Below, piece after piece: positions 11,565-23,861 of a stretch of 64,000 nt of DNA. The stretch comes from Aulosira sp. ZfuVER01 (GTDB lineage Bacteria; Cyanobacteriota; Cyanobacteriia; Cyanobacteriales; Nostocaceae), in the NCBI GenBank assembly GCA_034530615.2, contig JAVRCV020000016.1:1-64000 (forward strand). The letters run 5' to 3'. Below the pieces are notes generated by a model. It did not search any database. It was not told the origin of the DNA and worked only from the letters and a program-made list of their open reading frames with translations. The first letter of the stretch is position 1; each line of letters begins with the position of its first letter. The translations under genes and the position numbers were made by a program.

Positions 11565-11640
11565 ATGACGGCAGTTGCTACAATGGGGGGAACCCCCGCA
11601 AAGCACTGCCTCCCCAATGCCCCATGCCCCATGCCCCATA
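11565..11640. repeat. Small dispersed palindromic repeat plus STRR heptamers; related copies at ~33176, ~37712, ~63678
   Basis: ggcagttgctacaatggggggaacccccgcaaagcactgcctccc hairpin. Confidence 0.75.
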
Positions 11641-11654
11641 ACAGATGACAAAAT

Positions 11655-12452
11655 CTAAAATCTGACCAATTCCTGAATCTGTCCTGGGTTTAATTCCTGT
11701 ACATTACTTAAGACTACTGCTGCTCCTGCTTTTTTTAGTGTTTCAGCATAAGCATCACGACGCGCTGCTGTTTCTTGCACGTGGGGTGGTAAAACGCCTA
11801 CACCAATCCAATTGCGGTGTGGATGCAAATTGCGTGCTTTCTCAACTGTATACATATCCGCTACCGTATCTCCCACGTACAAGACAGTCGGTAAATTCTC
11901 ACACCCATTCTCGAGGATTTGCACAGTAGCGAAAAGTCCTGTGGGGTCTGGTTTACCTGGCGCATCCTCCATCGCAATTAAGACGGGAGATTGTAAGCCT
12001 AGGCGTTTTTCTAAAATATAGTTAGCAGAACCACGAGTTGCACCGCTGAAAAATCCCCAGGCAATTGCAGCTTGTGTCAATTGTTCTAAGTAGCTAGGTT
12101 GTAATAATAAGGGTTCATCACAGATATACCCGGTGAAATTTTCGGGATCTGTACCTCGGTAACGGGATTGAAAAAAAGCAACAATGTTGTTGTAGTCAAG
12201 TTGCAGTTGCTCGCGGGGCTGTCCTTGAGATTGAAAGTAACGGTAAATTAATTCTTGGGAGGCTTCCCAATCATTATTCCAGACGCCTTCAGACTTCAGT
12301 TGGTCAATATCTAATGGTGTAGGACGATAGGCTTGATTGGTAAAATACTCAACGGTATCTGCGATCGCCCGACGATAGGAACCACTAACATCACGAATCA
12401 CGCCGTCAATATCAAAAACTGCGATCGCTTTTGGTGAAAGTTGTTTTGTCAT
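11655..12452 (-). CDS. HAD-superfamily hydrolase (TIGR01548-type)
   Basis: FDIDGV motif I, GKPDP, YVGDTVAD motif IV. Confidence 0.9.
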   Translation of the reverse strand: MTKQLSPKAIAVFDIDGVIRDVSGSYRRAIADTVEYFTNQAYRPTPLDIDQLKSEGVWNNDWEASQELIYRYFQSQGQPREQLQLDYNNIVAFFQSRYRGTDPENFTGYICDEPLLLQPSYLEQLTQAAIAWGFFSGATRGSANYILEKRLGLQSPVLIAMEDAPGKPDPTGLFATVQILENGCENLPTVLYVGDTVADMYTVEKARNLHPHRNWIGVGVLPPHVQETAARRDAYAETLKKAGAAVVLSNVQELNPGQIQELVRF

Positions 12453-12595
12453 AGGATGGGATGGGGCATTGGGCATTGGGAATTATACCCCATGCCCCAT
12501 TCCCAATAACTGTTTAGCCATCTGGCAAGGTATTGCGTTAAAATAAGCGATCGCTGACTTAGTAAGTAATGCTTGGATATTCCCCGGAGGTTTGA

Positions 12596-12895
12596 TTGAC
12601 CAAGTTTATTTTAAAAATTCTTTGGTTAGACGAGAACGTTGCTCTTGCTGTAGATCAAGTTGTAGGTAAAGGCACAAGTCCTTTAACCAAGTACTTCTTC
12701 TGGCCCAGAAACGATGCTTGGGAAGAGTTAAAGAAGGAATTGGAGTCTAAACACTGGATTAGCGATTTGGATCGGGTTGAGTTACTCAATAAAGCCACAG
12801 AAGTAATTAACTACTGGCAAGAGGAAGGCAGAAACCGTCCAATGGCAGAAGCGCAGTTGAAATTTCCTGAAGTTGCCTTTACAGGTAGCGCCTGA
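12596..12895 (+). CDS. ycf65: 30S ribosomal protein PSRP-3 (Ycf65)
   Basis: [14 protein letters not shown]...[19 protein letters not shown]. Confidence 0.92.
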   Translation: MTKFILKILWLDENVALAVDQVVGKGTSPLTKYFFWPRNDAWEELKKELESKHWISDLDRVELLNKATEVINYWQEEGRNRPMAEAQLKFPEVAFTGSA

Positions 12896-12905
12896 AATTT
12901 CTCAA

Positions 12906-14699
12906 TTAGTCTCCCTGCTGTTTTACAAGTTGCCACAATTTGATGGTCTTGTCCCTGCTGCCACTAGCAATAAGTTGTGCATCAGGGTTTACAGCAATCG
13001 TAGATACAGAGTCTGCATGACCTGAGAGAGTAGCAATTTCTTCTGCTGTGCTAACTTTCCAAAGTTTAACAGTGCGATCGCGACTAGCACTAATTAGCAT
13101 TGTGCCATCAGCCGTGAACGTCACTGCTACAACTGACCAAGAATGGCCTAACAGTGTGGTAATTACCTGACCAGTGTTTACCTCCCATAATTTAATCGTG
13201 TTATCGTCGCTACCCGTCGCCAAAATTGTTCCATCGGGACTAAAAGCGATCGTTAAAACCGCCCATGCATGACCTGAAAAGGTGCCTAACAAGCTGCAAT
13301 TTGGGCGGTTTTTAAATTCTCCTGTAGTAGGTAGTTGCCATAGGCAAATCGTGCGATCAAAACTAGCACTGGCTAAAAGTTGTCCTTGAGGGCTAAATGC
13401 CACTGAACTCACCTGTAATTGATGTCCAGTGAGGGTACAAATTTCTTTGCCAGTATTCACATCCCAGAGTTTGACTGTCTTATCCCAACTACCACTAGCG
13501 AGAATCTGCCCATCAGGACTGAAAGCTACTGATTTGACGGCGTGTGAGTGTCCAACTAAGGTGCAGATTTCTTGGAATTGATTGAGATCCCACAATTTGA
13601 TAGTGTTATCGTCGCTAGCCGTTGCCAATATCTTGCCATCAGGACTGTAGGCTACTGATTTTACTGCTTGAGAATGTCCTGATAAGGTAGCTAAGACTTT
13701 TTGAGTATTTAAATCCCACAATCTGATGATTTTGTCATCACCACTAGCTAATGTTTTGCCATCAGGGCTAAAGCTAACAGAGTTTATCCCAGCAGATATA
13801 CTAGGAAGTCCGCTTAAGGTATGTATGCATTGCCACAGAGGGGTGGAGAATTTTGCACCACCGATGGACACTGATGTAGAGGACCTCTGGGCGGCTTCCC
13901 GTAGGGTAGGCCGATGTATGGGTGTGTCTGCAATCCCCATTGCCAGTATGACTTCATCGGCTGATTGAAAGCGTTGGCTGATGGACTTTTGCAGCAGTTT
14001 GTTGAGGATTTGTTTGAGGCGATCGCTTACTTTAGTACTCAGATAATCTTGCCAAACCCAGCAATCACTAGCAACATCATATAAATCAAAGGGCGGAATT
14101 TGGGTTAGTAGGTGAATACAAGTTACTCCTAAACTGTAAAGATCGCTAGCAAAAACTGCTTTTCCCGTTACTTGTTCTGGTGCAATATATTCTGGGCTAC
14201 CGATGCAGTCTTTACTTATAAATTGGTCAATTCCAGTAACAAGTTGAGCCGCAGCATAATCAACTAAGGCTAAGTCTCCAGTTGCTGTGCGGATAAGATT
14301 TTCTGGTTTAATATCGCGGTGGATAATATTGCGATCGTGAATAATTTTCAAAACTGGCAATATATCTGCTAAAAGTTGCCAAATTTGATTTTCACTAACA
14401 GCGCCTTCTTCTTCTAGTATGGTTGCTAAATTACTGCCTGCGATAAACTCCTGTACTAAGTAAAAGTGTTGTTCATCCTGGAAGTGTGCCAGTAAAGCCG
14501 GAATTTGAGGATGCTGGCCTAGTAGCTTTAGCTGTTGTGCTTTTTCTACAAAACTTTCTGGTGTTTGATTTTGGCGGGATAATTGTTGAATAACACAAGG
14601 AACTGGGGGAAATTGATTCTCATCTACAGCAAGGTAGCTTTTGCAGAATCCCCCTTTACCAATTAGCTTAAGTAAACGATAACGGTCTTGTATTAGCAA
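12906..14699 (-). CDS. Ser/Thr protein kinase with C-terminal WD40 repeats
   Basis: [19 protein letters not shown]; seven GH...WD-type repeats; the VAIK and DFG positions look degenerate (CVIQQ, DYA). Confidence 0.9.
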   Translation of the reverse strand: MLIQDRYRLLKLIGKGGFCKSYLAVDENQFPPVPCVIQQLSRQNQTPESFVEKAQQLKLLGQHPQIPALLAHFQDEQHFYLVQEFIAGSNLATILEEEGAVSENQIWQLLADILPVLKIIHDRNIIHRDIKPENLIRTATGDLALVDYAAAQLVTGIDQFISKDCIGSPEYIAPEQVTGKAVFASDLYSLGVTCIHLLTQIPPFDLYDVASDCWVWQDYLSTKVSDRLKQILNKLLQKSISQRFQSADEVILAMGIADTPIHRPTLREAAQRSSTSVSIGGAKFSTPLWQCIHTLSGLPSISAGINSVSFSPDGKTLASGDDKIIRLWDLNTQKVLATLSGHSQAVKSVAYSPDGKILATASDDNTIKLWDLNQFQEICTLVGHSHAVKSVAFSPDGQILASGSWDKTVKLWDVNTGKEICTLTGHQLQVSSVAFSPQGQLLASASFDRTICLWQLPTTGEFKNRPNCSLLGTFSGHAWAVLTIAFSPDGTILATGSDDNTIKLWEVNTGQVITTLLGHSWSVVAVTFTADGTMLISASRDRTVKLWKVSTAEEIATLSGHADSVSTIAVNPDAQLIASGSRDKTIKLWQLVKQQGD

Positions 14700-14907
14700 A
14701 ATTTTCCTGCCAGAGTTATCAGCCAGATTAGATCTAACATAAATTTAGTAATACTAATTCGATATAACAGTAGCTTTATTACGTCCTCATCTTTGTGGTA
14801 GTTCCTGTTTAATCCTCCCAATAGGGGCAGTTTAAGGGAGGTAAATCATGAACACCACACCCAGAAAATCAAAATTCTCTCAGATCAAAGCCAAACAGAA
14901 CTGAACA

Positions 14908-15543
14908 ATGGTGACTACACCAACACCCGCAGAAATAAGAGTCTTACTTGAGAACATCAGCTGGCAGACATTCAAAACTATGCTGGCTGAGATGGGTTCA
15001 GAACGCAAAAATAGACTTGCTTATGACAGTGGCACAATAGAAATTATGACTCCACTCATGCCGCACGAAAACTCAAACCGCCTCATTGAAGTTTTTGTTG
15101 GTGTACTGTGCGAAGAGTTGGGATTGGAGATTAAAAGGGCTGGATCTCTGACATTAACGCGGGATGATTTAGAACGCGGAGGAGAGCCTGATAGCAGCTA
15201 CTACATTCAAAATGAGTTTTTAGTTAGAAGTAAAGAAAATATAGACTTGGCATTCGATCCACCCCCAGACCTTGTGCTAGAGGTCGAATACTCCAGATCT
15301 AAAATAGATAAGTTACAACTTTATGCTGCGATGGGAATTCCCGAATTTTGGCGCTACAACGGCAGTGTGTTGCGGATTTACAGACTGGAAGGTGGGCAAT
15401 ATTTAGAAGTCCAAGTTAGCCCTACTTTTACACCTGTAGCAGTCAAGGAAATACCTCGATTTATTCAAGAGAGTAAACAGAATGGAGAAATCTCTACAAC
15501 CCGTGCTTTCCGCACTTGGGTTAAGGCGCAAGTTTCTTACTAG
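14908..15543 (+). CDS. Uma2 family (PD-(D/E)XK-like) endonuclease-fold protein
   Basis: EPDSSYY, PPPDLVLEVE, YAAMGIPEFW. Confidence 0.9.
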   Translation: MVTTPTPAEIRVLLENISWQTFKTMLAEMGSERKNRLAYDSGTIEIMTPLMPHENSNRLIEVFVGVLCEELGLEIKRAGSLTLTRDDLERGGEPDSSYYIQNEFLVRSKENIDLAFDPPPDLVLEVEYSRSKIDKLQLYAAMGIPEFWRYNGSVLRIYRLEGGQYLEVQVSPTFTPVAVKEIPRFIQESKQNGEISTTRAFRTWVKAQVSY

Positions 15544-15545
15544 TA

Positions 15546-15582
15546 TCAGCACTTTAGTACTTTTTGATTACTAAAGTGCTGA
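15546..15582. terminator. Putative bidirectional terminator between convergent genes
   Basis: Perfect 14-bp stem tcagcactttagta / tactaaagtgctga. Confidence 0.65.
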
Positions 15583-15612
15583 CTACCTACAACCTAATCA
15601 ATTCTTTTGATG

Positions 15613-17709
15613 TTACTTATCTACAGGAAAATCAACAACTATGGGCGGAATAGTGCTTTGTCCATTTGGTTGGGTTTTTACGACTGGTTGCGGATGCAGT
15701 GGTGTTGGTGTGACTTCACCTTGCTTGGTATTTTGATTCCACAAAATCATTGATAGTAGCCCATCGACTAAACCGTTGGTACTGCCATTGCTACCACTAA
15801 CAAGGATATCTGGAATTAGGCGGACATTGCGATCGCCAATAATTTGCATCAGCTGCATAGCTGTATAACCTTGAGGCCCCAAAGCTTCCACACCAGTGCG
15901 GTAGGTTTCAGCTTTGGCATTACCTGTGGCTCGAATACCTTCCGCTTCAGCCATTGCTCGGAGTTTTGTACCTTCAGCTTCACCATTCGCTTGTTTAATT
16001 TGGGCCTGGGCCTTCAAGTCAGCAATATGGACACTCTGCTCTGATTTCACCATTTCTTGCTGAATATCAGCCAGTGCTGTTTCCCGAACGAGTTGTTGGC
16101 GTTGGGTTTGCGCTGCTTGTTGCACTTCATAGGTCTTGCGCTGTTCTTCGGCAATTTTCCGGTCTGTCTGTGTCTGCATGAGAGTTGCCGGTGGCTGAAT
16201 ATCACCAATTAGGGTGTCTATTGCTTGCACATCGTAAGCCCGGATTGCTATTTTGATATACTCGGCAGCTTCGGCTTGACGCTCACTTCTAGCAGTTAGA
16301 AAGTCTAGGACAGTACAGTTTTGGGCAGAGTTACGGAAATAGTTACCGATAGTTGGTTCTAATACATGGTCTACTAAATTTTGCATGGAACCAACGCGAG
16401 AGATCACCTTCGGCGCATCCAAAGCACCGACGTGGATAATTTGCGCTACTTCTAAATCAAAAGCAAACCCATCACGCGATCGCACTGTCAGAGAGGCTAA
16501 TTTAGCATCATAGCTGTGGCGTTCGGTACGACCTGACCAGTTTAAAACAATGTTGGTCGTTGGCACCAATTCAATCTTCATGATGCGGGAATTGAGTGGG
16601 TGCTTACCAGGATAAAGTGGTTCTACCCACACACCTTTATGTCCCTGATTCACCAAATTACCGTGAGTGAAGGCTGCACCACTCACATCTTCTTGGGCTT
16701 TACCTACGAAAGAAATTACTACACCTACATAGCCAATGGGAATTTCGGTCATTGGCACTTGTTCAACCTGAACAAACCAAGGATTCAAGTTCCAAGAACC
16801 AGAAAGCAATATTTGCTCTTGCAAGCCTCTGCGTCCACCAGCATCAATGAATTTTTGTCCGTTCTGGAAGTTGTCGTGTCCCACAAAAGTCGGGCCAGCA
16901 ATTTCACCACCGGGAATTGGTAGCCCATCTAGAGTAGTCACAATGCCAACTTTATCAGATGGCAGGCTGTATACTCGCAACTGTTCTGGATTCATGCCAT
17001 GAGCAGAGGCGTTCGATGCCAAGATCACTTTAAACAAAGCGGTATTGATGCGGTAAGTACCAGCGGTCAAAAAACCCATTTGACGGCCTTTTTCTCCACC
17101 TTGGGTGAGGAATTTCCGGGCATCTTGAAAGTTATCACAATCGACAATTTTACCGAGGATGCGTTCTGGAGGGTTGGAAGCACCATCTGCTGCGACAATC
17201 AAGGCAATTTCACCTTGAGGTACAACTACTACCGACTCTTTGCGAACTGAGTATTGCCAAGGCCAATAACCCCAATGCCAACCAGGAGCTAGGGTATCCG
17301 CTTGCAAACCTGCTTCGCCATTAAGTGCAATTAAACGCCCAGCCGGAAGTCCACGACCGGACATGGTAAACTTTCTGACGACAATACCAACTTCTCGTTC
17401 ACCAATTACCACCAAGCCGCCAAAGAACAGAGGGACAAATATTACCACACCGCCCAAAAGAACAATTGGAATTAGCGCTCCCCCAGGTAACATTTGCATT
17501 GCCTGGTATTGAGTACTAGTGGTTGGCAACTGGGCAATGACTGGTTTTGGTTGTACAGGTTTGACTGAGACTGAGGTGATTTCGTTTTTTGTAAGTGTTT
17601 TTACTGTTATTGCATTAGCATTATTGGCATAATTAACACTACCAGCTATTGCTAATGATGCTAGAACAGATCCAGCAATCTTACCAAAGGAAGATTTAAA
17701 CTTATTCAT
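15613..17709 (-). CDS. SPFH/flotillin family membrane protein
   Basis: TM segment, repeated GxxG-Q..L.PG modules, band-7 domain (VRSRDGF), AEAE coiled coil. Confidence 0.88.
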   Translation of the reverse strand: MNKFKSSFGKIAGSVLASLAIAGSVNYANNANAITVKTLTKNEITSVSVKPVQPKPVIAQLPTTSTQYQAMQMLPGGALIPIVLLGGVVIFVPLFFGGLVVIGEREVGIVVRKFTMSGRGLPAGRLIALNGEAGLQADTLAPGWHWGYWPWQYSVRKESVVVVPQGEIALIVAADGASNPPERILGKIVDCDNFQDARKFLTQGGEKGRQMGFLTAGTYRINTALFKVILASNASAHGMNPEQLRVYSLPSDKVGIVTTLDGLPIPGGEIAGPTFVGHDNFQNGQKFIDAGGRRGLQEQILLSGSWNLNPWFVQVEQVPMTEIPIGYVGVVISFVGKAQEDVSGAAFTHGNLVNQGHKGVWVEPLYPGKHPLNSRIMKIELVPTTNIVLNWSGRTERHSYDAKLASLTVRSRDGFAFDLEVAQIIHVGALDAPKVISRVGSMQNLVDHVLEPTIGNYFRNSAQNCTVLDFLTARSERQAEAAEYIKIAIRAYDVQAIDTLIGDIQPPATLMQTQTDRKIAEEQRKTYEVQQAAQTQRQQLVRETALADIQQEMVKSEQSVHIADLKAQAQIKQANGEAEGTKLRAMAEAEGIRATGNAKAETYRTGVEALGPQGYTAMQLMQIIGDRNVRLIPDILVSGSNGSTNGLVDGLLSMILWNQNTKQGEVTPTPLHPQPVVKTQPNGQSTIPPIVVDFPVDK

Positions 17710-17816
17710 AATGTGTGCCCTTCTGGGCAACTAATTATCTAAAGTATCACTTCATTTGGGGGATGCCAGATTTCTTAAACTTGGTGTAATTTTTTTAGAA
17801 AATAAATATACATTTA

Positions 17817-17839
17817 AGGGTGGACAAATAGCCCACCCT
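17817..17839 (-). terminator. Stem-loop after atpC
   Basis: agggtgg ... ccaccct. Confidence 0.5.
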
Positions 17840-17865
17840 CAAAATTTAAAATCCAGAGTAAAATT

Positions 17866-18279
17866 TTAGACCAAACCGCCAGCAGCTTGAAACCGAGCGC
17901 GAGCGCGTTTGAAGGCTTGAGTTGCCTGGATTTGAGCTTGGCGATCGCCTGCTGTTACCTGATTTAGCTTTGTTTGGGCTTCGCTGTAAGCAGTACGAGC
18001 TTCTTCTAGGTCAATAGCACTGCCACGTTCAGCACCATTCACCAAAATGGTGACTTCATTTTCTTCAACTTCGGCAAAGCCACCCAAAAGGGCGATCGCT
18101 TGCCAATCTTGATTTTTGCTGGCACGTACTCGCATGACACCTGTATCTAAGGCAGTCAACAGCGGTGCGTGTCCACTCAGGATACCTAGCTGACCAGTGG
18201 TGCTGGGTAGAACTACTTCTTCAGCTTCGGCATCCCACACAGTTTTATCTGGGGAAATTACACGAACGGTTAATGTCAT
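17866..18279 (-). CDS. atpC: ATP synthase F1 epsilon subunit
   Basis: [16 protein letters not shown]; follows the beta-subunit gene. Confidence 0.97.
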   Translation of the reverse strand: MTLTVRVISPDKTVWDAEAEEVVLPSTTGQLGILSGHAPLLTALDTGVMRVRASKNQDWQAIALLGGFAEVEENEVTILVNGAERGSAIDLEEARTAYSEAQTKLNQVTAGDRQAQIQATQAFKRARARFQAAGGLV

Positions 18280-18353
18280 AAGTTGTCAAAAGTCAAGGGT
18301 CAAGGGTCAAGAGTCAATAATTGGACATTGGACTCTTGACTTTGGACTAATTT

Positions 18354-19829
<1,476 letters not shown>

Positions 19830-20283
19830 TCAGATAGGGTCGTAGACGACATAAGATGAAGTAATGTCACTTTTCAGATTAACACTGAACGACCCCATTC
19901 TCCGCCATAAATTGATTCTTAAGACTGGGGTCTGGGGATCAAAATTAGGCTAGCTGGTAAAATTCTTCTGAGATGCAAATTCCACAAACTACTTTATCTT
20001 GCAACTGTAGACACAGCAGTTATTAAAATAGTTGAAAGTATATATTTATACTTTAAATTTTATTTGCTGTTACTTGTGATGCCTGCATCGTGAGCTAGTA
20101 CCAACAGCACCAAAAGCCAATAATACCTTATAGCTATTTACTGCATAGAACCCTGATTAAGATGGTTCTTCTGTACAAACAAACTATGCAAAAACTTCTG
20201 AATATCCTTAAGATAAAGGTAGTTATATCCAACTGTGTTCAGTTGACTCGCTTCATCCTCACACCTCGACCGAGCGATCGCTT

Positions 20284-21102
20284 ATGAATTTTTCGTCAGC
20301 GCGACAATATTTTTACCAGGAGATTCAACAGCCTGACGAGCATATCGACCTGGTGAAGGCTGCTTTATATATTGCACAGGAAGAATATCCTCACCTTGAC
20401 TCTGAAGAATACCTTAATGCCTTCGAGACAATGGCAATGGAAGTACAAGAACGCCTGCCTGACTCACGATATCCGCTGCGGGTGATTCAAAGTATAAATC
20501 AGTATTTATATGATGACTTGGGATTTGCGGGCAATAAAGCAGACTACTACGATCCGCGCAACAGCTTTTTAAATGATGTGATTGACCGACGGCTGGGCAT
20601 TCCCATTACCTTAGCACTAGTGTATCTGGAGGTGTCCCGACGGCTTGATTTTCCAATGGTGGGGATAGGAATGCCCGGACATTTCTTGATCCGCCCAGAT
20701 GTTTCCGATATGGAAATTTTCGTGGATGCATTCCATCGCGGTGAAGTGTTATTTGCCCAAGATTGCGAAGAACGGCTATCTCAAATGTTTCAGCAACCTG
20801 TGCAGTTACAGCCAGAATTTTTAGCCCCAGTCAGCCATCGACAATTTTTGGCACGGATGCTCACAAATTTGAAATTTATTTACCTCAAAAAGCAAGAGTT
20901 AGAAAAAAGTTTAGCGGCGGTTGAACGAATTTTACTGTTGTTTCCAGGTGTGAGTTTGGAATTACGCGATCGCGGTCTGATTTACTATCAACTGGGTTAC
21001 TATCCCCAAGCTGCTGACGACTTGCAAACTTATCTAGCCAAAGTTCCTGACGCTGAGGATTCAGTTGCAATTCGACGGTTGCTGACTGAGTTGGGAAGGT
21101 GA
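20284..21102 (+). CDS. SirB1 family protein (transglutaminase-like core plus TPR)
   Basis: YYDPRNSFLNDVIDRRLGIPITL, GMPGHFL, RDRGLIY. Confidence 0.9.
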   Translation: MNFSSARQYFYQEIQQPDEHIDLVKAALYIAQEEYPHLDSEEYLNAFETMAMEVQERLPDSRYPLRVIQSINQYLYDDLGFAGNKADYYDPRNSFLNDVIDRRLGIPITLALVYLEVSRRLDFPMVGIGMPGHFLIRPDVSDMEIFVDAFHRGEVLFAQDCEERLSQMFQQPVQLQPEFLAPVSHRQFLARMLTNLKFIYLKKQELEKSLAAVERILLLFPGVSLELRDRGLIYYQLGYYPQAADDLQTYLAKVPDAEDSVAIRRLLTELGR

Positions 21103-21104
21103 GG

Positions 21105-21212
21105 GAGATGAGGGAGTGTGGGGAGTGTGGGGAGTGTGGGGAGTGTGGGGAGTGTGGGGGGACAAGGGGGAGAAATGCCCAATGACAAATGACAAATGAC
21201 AAATGACCAATA
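21105..21212. repeat. Tandem 9-mer (GGGGAGTGT) and 7-mer (AATGACA) repeats between convergent genes
   Basis: Directly visible. Confidence 0.85.
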
Positions 21213-21213
21213 A

Positions 21214-21663
21214 CTAAATTTGTTGTAAACTTTCTGCCACTCGTTTGAGGCGGAGCAATTGAGCTTGCATATCATCTTTTGTCCAAGACGCGGCAAAAGT
21301 ATTAAAGCCCCAACTTACTAGGGGGTTGGGAATATCGAACTCAAAACGGTTTAATAAATTCGTTCCCTTAGATATAGGTTGACATTCCCAGCGATCGCGT
21401 CCTTGAAAAAATCCTTTGAATCCCCAAACAACTAAACCCGGTTGCCGTTCTACGACAACAGTGTTCAAGGTAGGTTGAATGATGGGAATTTGGATGATAA
21501 AGCGACTTTGGCTCCCAATATCCGTACTCCAGACTTTGCCCACAGGTTCGCAACGTAAAACTGGGTTAAGCCATCGGTGCATCAGAGTTAAATCGGTAAT
21601 ACAATGCTCTACTACCGTGGCTGGAGCATTAATTTGAATTGATTGTTCCAATACTTGCGACAT
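21214..21663 (-). CDS. SRPBCC/START-fold protein
   Basis: EQSIQINAP...HRWLNP, C-terminal helix QLLRLKRVAE. Confidence 0.85.
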   Translation of the reverse strand: MSQVLEQSIQINAPATVVEHCITDLTLMHRWLNPVLRCEPVGKVWSTDIGSQSRFIIQIPIIQPTLNTVVVERQPGLVVWGFKGFFQGRDRWECQPISKGTNLLNRFEFDIPNPLVSWGFNTFAASWTKDDMQAQLLRLKRVAESLQQI

Positions 21664-22128
21664 TCTACATTTTTGACGCGGCTGCTGCACTTAGAGTAAC
21701 TCAAAATCGACTGTTCATAGCTCAATACAGTTCAGATAAGAATAATTAACCACCGATAACGCCAATAACGCCGATAAATCAAGATGTTTAATCATGATTT
21801 TTGCGAAGCTAGGTATACCTCGAAGAGCCTTCTTTCCTATTGTCCTAACGTTCGGAAACGCTTTCAGCAAGCGGGTTCAGCAGTTGCTCATGGGGGCAAA
21901 CCCCCTGCGTACCCGTCACTGCTTCACATATTGCCTACACCAGGAATTACCGCCTCGAGGATTTAGTTAAAAATTACTCATGATACGAATGTCATATATG
22001 TTTTTACTGGTAAATTGTTAAGCAAAATGCTCGTAAACTTACGGGGATATCGGATTGTGGATCGCAATCCACGCCAGAAGTAACTTAAGTGTTCTGGCTT
22101 AACAATTAACTCTTAATTCCGAAAAACC

Positions 22129-23781
22129 ATGAACGCAACTTGGCTAGGAATAACCCAGGTAATAGAAATTGGTTTGTCGATGAGGGTGCAGCCATTGTTG
22201 GCACAATCACCAAGCCTACCACCAGAATCACCAGCCGTAAGGACGGGAACTACAGATCTGCAAGGTATTTTTGACCAAATAATTCTATTTACACCCCGCT
22301 TGCTAGGAGCAGCGGTAATTTTGTTAATTGGTTGGCTACTTGCTAAGTTTGTTTCACTAGCAACACGAAAAGTTCTTAATCGTACAAACATAGATAACCG
22401 CATTGCTTCAGGAGTAACTGGTCGAGAGGATTTTCCTCAGGTGGAGCAGTTAATCTCCGGCTTAGTCTTTTGGATTATTATCCTGTTGACAGCGGTAGCT
22501 GTATTACAAGCTCTAAATCTGGAAGTAGCTTCTCGACCACTCAATAATTTTGTCGATCAGCTTGTAGGTTTTTTACCAAAGTTGGTTGGTGCGGCAATTC
22601 TCTTGGGTGTTGCTTGGCTATTAGCTACTATTGTCAAGATTGTTACGGTACGCGGACTCCAAATTTTAAGGTTGGATGAGCGTTTGAACGAAGAAACACA
22701 GGATGGGACACCGGGAGTATCTCAGTTATCTCTCAGTGAAACCATCGGCAATGCCTTGTATTGGTTCATTTTTTTACTATTTCTTGTCCCCGTTCTGGAT
22801 ACTCTGGGGCTAAGGGAGGCATTACAACCAGTAAAAGCTCTGATTACAGAGATTCTGTCAATTCTGCCGAATATTTTAGCAGCAACTTTAATTGGTTCTG
22901 TCGGCTGGTTTATAGCGAATATCGTCCGGCGAGTTGTCACTAACTTGTTACATGCAACCGGAATTGACCATTTAGGTAGTCGGTTTGGTATCTCTCCCAG
23001 TACGGGGGTACAACCGCTGTCGAATATTCTCGGCACGCTGGTCTATATTTTGATTTTGATTCCAGTAGCGATCGCCACGCTCAATGCTTTAAAAATTGAG
23101 GCGATTTCTGTCCCCGCGATCGCAATGCTGCAACAGATTCTCAATGCCTTACCTGCAATCTTTACAGCCTTAGCAATTCTGATTATTGGCTATTTTGTGG
23201 GGCGGTTTGTTTCGGATTTAGTTACTAGTATCCTCACTAGTTTGGGGTTCAACAATATTTTTGCTGTACTCGGTCTGCCATCACCGAGACAAACAGCTGT
23301 ATACACAGAAGCAGGCGCACCAGTATCTACCCCAACCCGTACACCATCAGAAATTGTCGGTATTATTGCCTTCGTTGGCATTATGCTGTTTGCGACAGTT
23401 GCAGCAGTAAATATCCTCAATATTGCTGCACTAACAGCCTTGATATCCGGCATTTTGATTATATTCGGGCGGATTCTTGCCGGATTAGTAGTGTTTGGAA
23501 TTGGTTTGTTCTTGGCAAATCTAGCTTTTAGCATCATTGCCAGTTCTGAGAATACTCAAGCACGGATTTTAGGACAAGTAGCGCGGATTGCCATCATTAC
23601 CTTAGTATCAGCAATGGCACTGCGGCAAATTGGCGTAGCCAGCGATATTGTGAATTTAGCATTCGGACTTTTAATTGGTGCGATCGCCGTGGCAATTGCC
23701 CTAGCTTTTGGCCTTGGTGGACGCGATATTGCCCGCGAACAAGTTCGAGAGTGGCTCGATTCTTTTAAAAGTAAGGGGTAA
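22129..23781 (+). CDS. Multi-pass membrane protein with conserved TM-helix repeats (mechanosensitive-channel associated, CmpX-like)
   Basis: Repeated 'P.L.GA..IL.IGW..A' units; ends ALAFGLGGRD. Confidence 0.85.
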   Translation: MNATWLGITQVIEIGLSMRVQPLLAQSPSLPPESPAVRTGTTDLQGIFDQIILFTPRLLGAAVILLIGWLLAKFVSLATRKVLNRTNIDNRIASGVTGREDFPQVEQLISGLVFWIIILLTAVAVLQALNLEVASRPLNNFVDQLVGFLPKLVGAAILLGVAWLLATIVKIVTVRGLQILRLDERLNEETQDGTPGVSQLSLSETIGNALYWFIFLLFLVPVLDTLGLREALQPVKALITEILSILPNILAATLIGSVGWFIANIVRRVVTNLLHATGIDHLGSRFGISPSTGVQPLSNILGTLVYILILIPVAIATLNALKIEAISVPAIAMLQQILNALPAIFTALAILIIGYFVGRFVSDLVTSILTSLGFNNIFAVLGLPSPRQTAVYTEAGAPVSTPTRTPSEIVGIIAFVGIMLFATVAAVNILNIAALTALISGILIIFGRILAGLVVFGIGLFLANLAFSIIASSENTQARILGQVARIAIITLVSAMALRQIGVASDIVNLAFGLLIGAIAVAIALAFGLGGRDIAREQVREWLDSFKSKG

Positions 23782-23861
23782 AAAGTAAATAGGGCATGGG
23801 GCATGGGGCATTTTATCTTCGGTTGCTTCCCCTGCTTTCTTGCCCTCGTTGTCCTCCATCA

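Noticed and set aside
21105..21212. Possible CRISPR array
   Set aside because: Short tandem repeats without unique spacers; no cas genes or repeat-spacer arrays seen in the window
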